Source: Syntrophobacterales bacterium (GTDB lineage: Bacteria; Desulfobacterota; Syntrophia; Syntrophales; CAMTWB01). Taken from it: a DNA stretch of 60,692 nt. Numbering within the stretch: position 1 is the first letter of the stretch; every line of letters starts with the position of its first letter. Position numbers and translations under genes: made by a program. Below the pieces are notes generated by a model, which was not told where the DNA came from, ran no database searches, and saw only the letters and a list, made by a program, of their open reading frames with translations. This document shows positions 58,901-60,692 of the stretch, piece by piece. The stretch is taken from contig JBBIRO010000013.1 in the NCBI GenBank assembly GCA_037441775.1, forward strand, positions 1 to 60,692, in the 5' to 3' direction.

Positions 58901-60692
58901 GCCGCAAAGGATACGGATTTTGTGCTCAATGCCGGCGCTTTAGGCAATATAGAAATGAAGGATGCCGTGGGCGGCGTCAACGCGCTTAAGTCATTCCAGG
59001 TTTTAGACGCCAACGATGTATCGCTGCGCGCGGTGACGACGAACGCCGGGACGATTGCCGTTTCGGGTACGACCGGCGGGATGACCGCAGGCACCCTGAA
59101 ACTTTTCGGCAACCTCATCACCCATAATGGCGCGGGCGGCAATGCCGGGGCCATCAGCCTGAAGGCCAACAACATCCGTTTGGAGGCAGCCGGTGCTGCT
59201 GCGGGCAGCATCACCCTCGATACCAACGCTTCCGGCGCAGGCCTCGATAACGCCATTACCCTTGCCACGACCGGCACCCTGGCCAGCACCACGGCCTGGG
59301 AAGACGGCCTCATCCTCAATGCCGGATCAGGCGCAGTGGATATCAGCGGCGCGAAGCTGGCAAATCTCGATCATCTGGTGATCACCGGGGCCACGGCGAC
59401 GCTGGGAACCCTTACTGTGGGGGCTAACTACGTGGGCGCGGCAGGTGCGCTTCATGTCACAACAACTGTTGGCGCCATCACCCTTGTGGGCGACCTGGCG
59501 ACCACCGGCGAGGCCGACGCGGGCACCCTCACCCTCAACGCGGCCACGACGATCATCCTTGCCGACACAGACGGTACGGTAACCATAAACACCGACAAGG
59601 GTGTCGGGGGCAATGTCACCCTCGGCACAATCACGGACGACGGCTTCGACCGCAACCTGACCATCACTGCCGGCAGCGGTAATGTGACACTTGCGAAGGT
59701 GGGCGAGCATTTCGATGTCTTTCCCCCAGGTAAGGACTCAATCGGCGACCTGTCGGTCGAAGGTAAAATCATTAACTTTACCGGCGACGTTTATGCGAAA
59801 GGCATCTCCGCCTTTGGAGTTGTCGCAGGCGACAAGATCAACATAGGCAACGTATGGCTGGACGCCAATAACGGCAGTATGATCTTCCGGTCAGACGATA
59901 TCGCTATCGATTCCAATGCCCAGTTGAGAAGCAGCGGCGCTATTAGCCAGAGCGTCACCTTTGCCGGCCGGACGGACGCCACGACGATCGGCATCGGCGA
60001 CTCCGCCGCGGGCACCTTGAACTTAACCCAGGCGGAGCTTCAAACCGTTCATGAGTCATTTAGTGAAATCCGCGTCGGCAGGGACGGCAAACAGTCCGGA
60101 GATATCGAAGTCAACAATACTGGAGGGCTGACCGGCCTCTACACAACCCTGCGCCTGCGCGCCGAAACGGGCGGAGCCGATATAAAAATCAACAGTGCCA
60201 TCAACCAGACCACGGCGGGCGCCGGTTTCTATATCGAAGGATCGGGCAGCACCACCTTCCTGAATGCCGATATTAATACGAACGGCGGCGTTGTGGACAT
60301 TGACGACACCATCCTGGTGAACGGCCTACGCACCATCAGCACGGGCAACGGCGGCGACCCGGGCGGTAATATTACCCTTCGCAAGGCCATCGGTTCCGTG
60401 GATACGAGCGGGGATACCCTGACCCTGGATGCGCTTGGCGCGATTACAAACGGCGCTGTCAACGTGATCGGCAACGTGGGCGATGCCGCGGATACGATCA
60501 ACGGAGTGGCGGCAAATCAACTGACCGGCTTCACCATCAAGAACGCCACCCAGGTGGATGTGGCGAACGTATTCGTCACCGGCGGCGACATCTCCATCGC
60601 CGGCGCGAACATAGACCTCAATGGAACAACCTATCAGACGACGACGTCGGGCTCGATCACGTTTACGGGCGCGGTAAATCTGAAAAGCGCAG
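52967..60692 (+). CDS. giant TpsA exoprotein (filamentous haemagglutinin-like), 3' end beyond the window
   Basis: ATG 52967 lies 8 nt after AGGAGG. I read the frame codon by codon and found no stop in 2,575 codons. The TPS domain reads 'FVQRVMGGSYSSILGQLIANGQVWIMNPGGVLIGSQAQINTAGF'. Further on come 'GGKVIVWGD...GAQGGFVETSS...WLIDPYNVTI' and then G/T/N/A-rich beta-helix repeats. It is not in the ORF track. Confidence 0.9.
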   Translation, partial: MASLSRKIRRAQLRIVRKGSKSFSLDRSVRRLRNMGMGLGGALVMLSVPQVAAAQSGFTQETAGNTTTFHQTADKVFNQVPSYNIGVSELHQYLQPQRSSIFVQRVMGGSYSSILGQLIANGQVWIMNPGGVLIGSQAQINTAGFMASSLVMDRDDFFAGRYNLQSAGQDGFVINQGTITVNNGGYAILAGGSVVNNGYIQANLGQVVLASGRRMTMDFSGDGLINFAVDEKLAARITGPDGAEMTSAVLNAGTIRANGGRVTLTGRAAANVLDYVVNNTGVIEAKGVIERNGEIILTGGDAGAVVNSGALDASSDVAQGGAIHVLGDTVAVTGAIDASGATGGGTVLIGGDYQGNNPAVQNARVAYIGPEAVISADGGAGDGGKVIVWGDEAAGIFGTISATGAQGGFVETSSAGILEVGAASVRAGEWLIDPYNVTITNSTSNGTYSAGVFTPSGKDSKVDVASINTSLSGGTSVTIQTLGSGSGTQDGDITVSKDIVKSGGGTATLTLLAADDIAVNNPITSTSGMLNVELRANFYNIGDQDSRGGGDVSIGNVAITTNGGSFLSSSTGAGGGNFTSSPGSKIITGGGAITIDHSNSGKTVSIGGNLTAGAGNIAITSGGATSITASPKAVFTAGDLTITATDIVTFDNIADTGLSGVTGAITLRPSAAGSTVGLAGGAGAFSLDANELLVLKNSGASSITIGRNDSTALMTVGGNVDLTGRNVSFNAGSYSQGNFDVIAGAGNITVATDEIAITANTDNNAFQTSGTLTLRPLTASKTIGLAGGAGDFSLDAAEITAISAGAANIVIGTTGGTGALTLGGAVNLAGTNLTINSGRVNDAVNTISAGTLTLNLSSSTGGNEVKTNIGTLIANTTLGTTATNRDLTVTETDAIILGNINVNDGVFTLNAGGAISQTGTMKAGKVSLGTTGAMNLGAFDAGAGDLTLKADDINFTGGAGSLKGTGNLYLQPSADNKSIDVGFKGTGNLVLDDADLAALAPGFSGIIIGSAAGTHAIVVDSALFSSPVTIQAPSGGSITIQDTDPGVDYGIKSSAAVTLIGSGATTKLSADIITPGAAILINDSVLVDGVRRLDTSNGALAAATIEITKGIAGFNAGGTDTLTLDAATGAGADAAVTLGGNVAAGAVVGGQNLEGITITGSTIGVQNIEISGPIAITGSTVVNLSGASYKSTGDIGINSYGDLVVNGTVRTTGAANTISLAADSEANGTGTLTIGGTANAVVRSEAGAINLTGSGVTIGAANQGQIVTAGGDITVASITSGKTLAVGNEAQFATTLGGNVYVTGANFSTVTLGASATLPHNIGGNLVIGNGTAVGGDVTVNGQFAGVGGAITVKADGAINVNNSLSTVSGDITLRADADDNGAGNLNIGTTAGANITINSSSGVKDIVLYGENVNVATERNVTLNAGSGNITLHADMNGGGGGIRMDGVRLTMAMNNFSIDAGNAPDTLLVSDTAAANTISASDLASATGTVTLRANTTLTVSDNLSLGAGNFTVGAGTGGTLTATLADVTADGTISIAANTINLAGATYTSANEALTFTGPVNLTAGAGTTTVTSGGGNLDDITFTGTIQDAGKDTKLSLNAGSSGNIYLQGAVGGGGNNIEALTVSNAHTVNLADVSVDAAINITAAGGINLKGASYASTVGGAITFAGAVELAAGATTTAISTAGGLGDDITFTSTIRDSGKNTTLSLKAGPSGAIDLQGAVGGGANNPAALTIVSAATASLKDISAEGAIAVTATAINLAGTNYISNDGDITLIGAVNLTGTGLVTIGSDGNNDGVDGAITLGVVTDPGDNSSLTVNADTATVTLVNVAIDGAFTVTGGAINLGGSSYTTRQGNIALNGAVDLIGAGTVTINSDFDAAGAVGSISVNGAVSDMGNNSGLTITANTNTVGLADVVVNNAISVTGGAINLGGAVYTSTNGAIDFNGPVNLSAGAVTTTVTSGAAGTAITFTGTVNDAAKDTDFVLNAGALGNIEMKDAVGGVNALKSFQVLDANDVSLRAVTTNAGTIAVSGTTGGMTAGTLKLFGNLITHNGAGGNAGAISLKANNIRLEAAGAAAGSITLDTNASGAGLDNAITLATTGTLASTTAWEDGLILNAGSGAVDISGAKLANLDHLVITGATATLGTLTVGANYVGAAGALHVTTTVGAITLVGDLATTGEADAGTLTLNAATTIILADTDGTVTINTDKGVGGNVTLGTITDDGFDRNLTITAGSGNVTLAKVGEHFDVFPPGKDSIGDLSVEGKIINFTGDVYAKGISAFGVVAGDKINIGNVWLDANNGSMIFRSDDIAIDSNAQLRSSGAISQSVTFAGRTDATTIGIGDSAAGTLNLTQAELQTVHESFSEIRVGRDGKQSGDIEVNNTGGLTGLYTTLRLRAETGGADIKINSAINQTTAGAGFYIEGSGSTTFLNADINTNGGVVDIDDTILVNGLRTISTGNGGDPGGNITLRKAIGSVDTSGDTLTLDALGAITNGAVNVIGNVGDAADTINGVAANQLTGFTIKNATQVDVANVFVTGGDISIAGANIDLNGTTYQTTTSGSITFTGAVNLKSA
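57593..59080 (+). repeat. in-frame tandem repeat array inside tpsA (units of 109, 109, 84, 85 and ~109 aa)
   Basis: Units start at 57593, 57920, 58247, 58499 and 58754. Each begins I-N-L-x-G-x-x-Y (ATCAAYCTS...). Units 1, 2 and 5 form one subtype and units 3 and 4 form another. Confidence 0.75.

Noticed and set aside
57593-59080. The regular repeats might be a CRISPR array.
   Set aside because: The repeat units are 252-327 nt, diverged, in frame and coding. There are no short identical repeats with unique spacers, and no cas genes.
53081-60520. Many 60-305-aa minus-strand ORFs listed by the track across the tpsA region (for example 53081..53938, 54595..55155, 55165..56082, 56992..57612).
   Set aside because: They are antisense to a continuous 2,575-codon plus-strand ORF with clear TPS-domain homology. 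Their translations are low-complexity Ala/Pro/Val/Ser strings, as expected from the antisense of GGC/ACC/GCC-rich repeats.

Overview
The window is a mostly core chromosomal segment from a moderately GC-rich bacterium. The gene content looks like an anaerobic Deltaproteobacteria/Desulfobacterota-type organism, but this taxonomic guess is low confidence. I support 2 tRNAs and about 56 protein genes.

Gene content, in order:
- divergent tRNA-Arg and tRNA-Leu, then a DEAD-box helicase
- an incomplete mannose-family PTS (EIIA-EIIB-EIIC, no IID)
- rimI-pyrK-pyrD and redox/phosphatase genes
- an isoprenoid/DNA-repair cluster xseA-xseB-ispA-dxs-tlyA-ispH, in which IspH is fused to a UbiA-like membrane domain
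- tmk-holB-PSP1-metG and panB
- a LarA-type locus: LarA homologue, TRAP DctPQM, second LarA-like protein, two more transporters
- radC, ihfB-like, rluB-scpB-scpA-trpS
- a second TRAP system, an aminotransferase, acyP-ligA, HIT, lapA-like, mog, and an EF-G paralogue

The clearest accessory element is at the 3' end. It is a two-partner secretion locus: a ShlB/FhaC-type TpsB (50898..52637) followed by a giant TpsA exoprotein ORF. That ORF starts at 52967 and is still open at the window edge (more than 2,575 codons). The supplied ORF track does not list it, and shows only antisense artefact ORFs there. A 57-aa ferredoxin gene is also missing from the track.

Non-coding observations:
- a dispersed 16-nt motif (GACTTTTTACGAAGTC-like) that always points toward the downstream gene
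- GC-rich palindromic REP-like elements
- three tandem 22-nt repeats in the tpsB-tpsA spacer
- strong hairpins between the binding-protein and permease genes of both TRAP operons

I saw no CRISPR array, integrase, transposase or recognisable defence genes. All family assignments rest on motif recognition by eye. No database search was possible.
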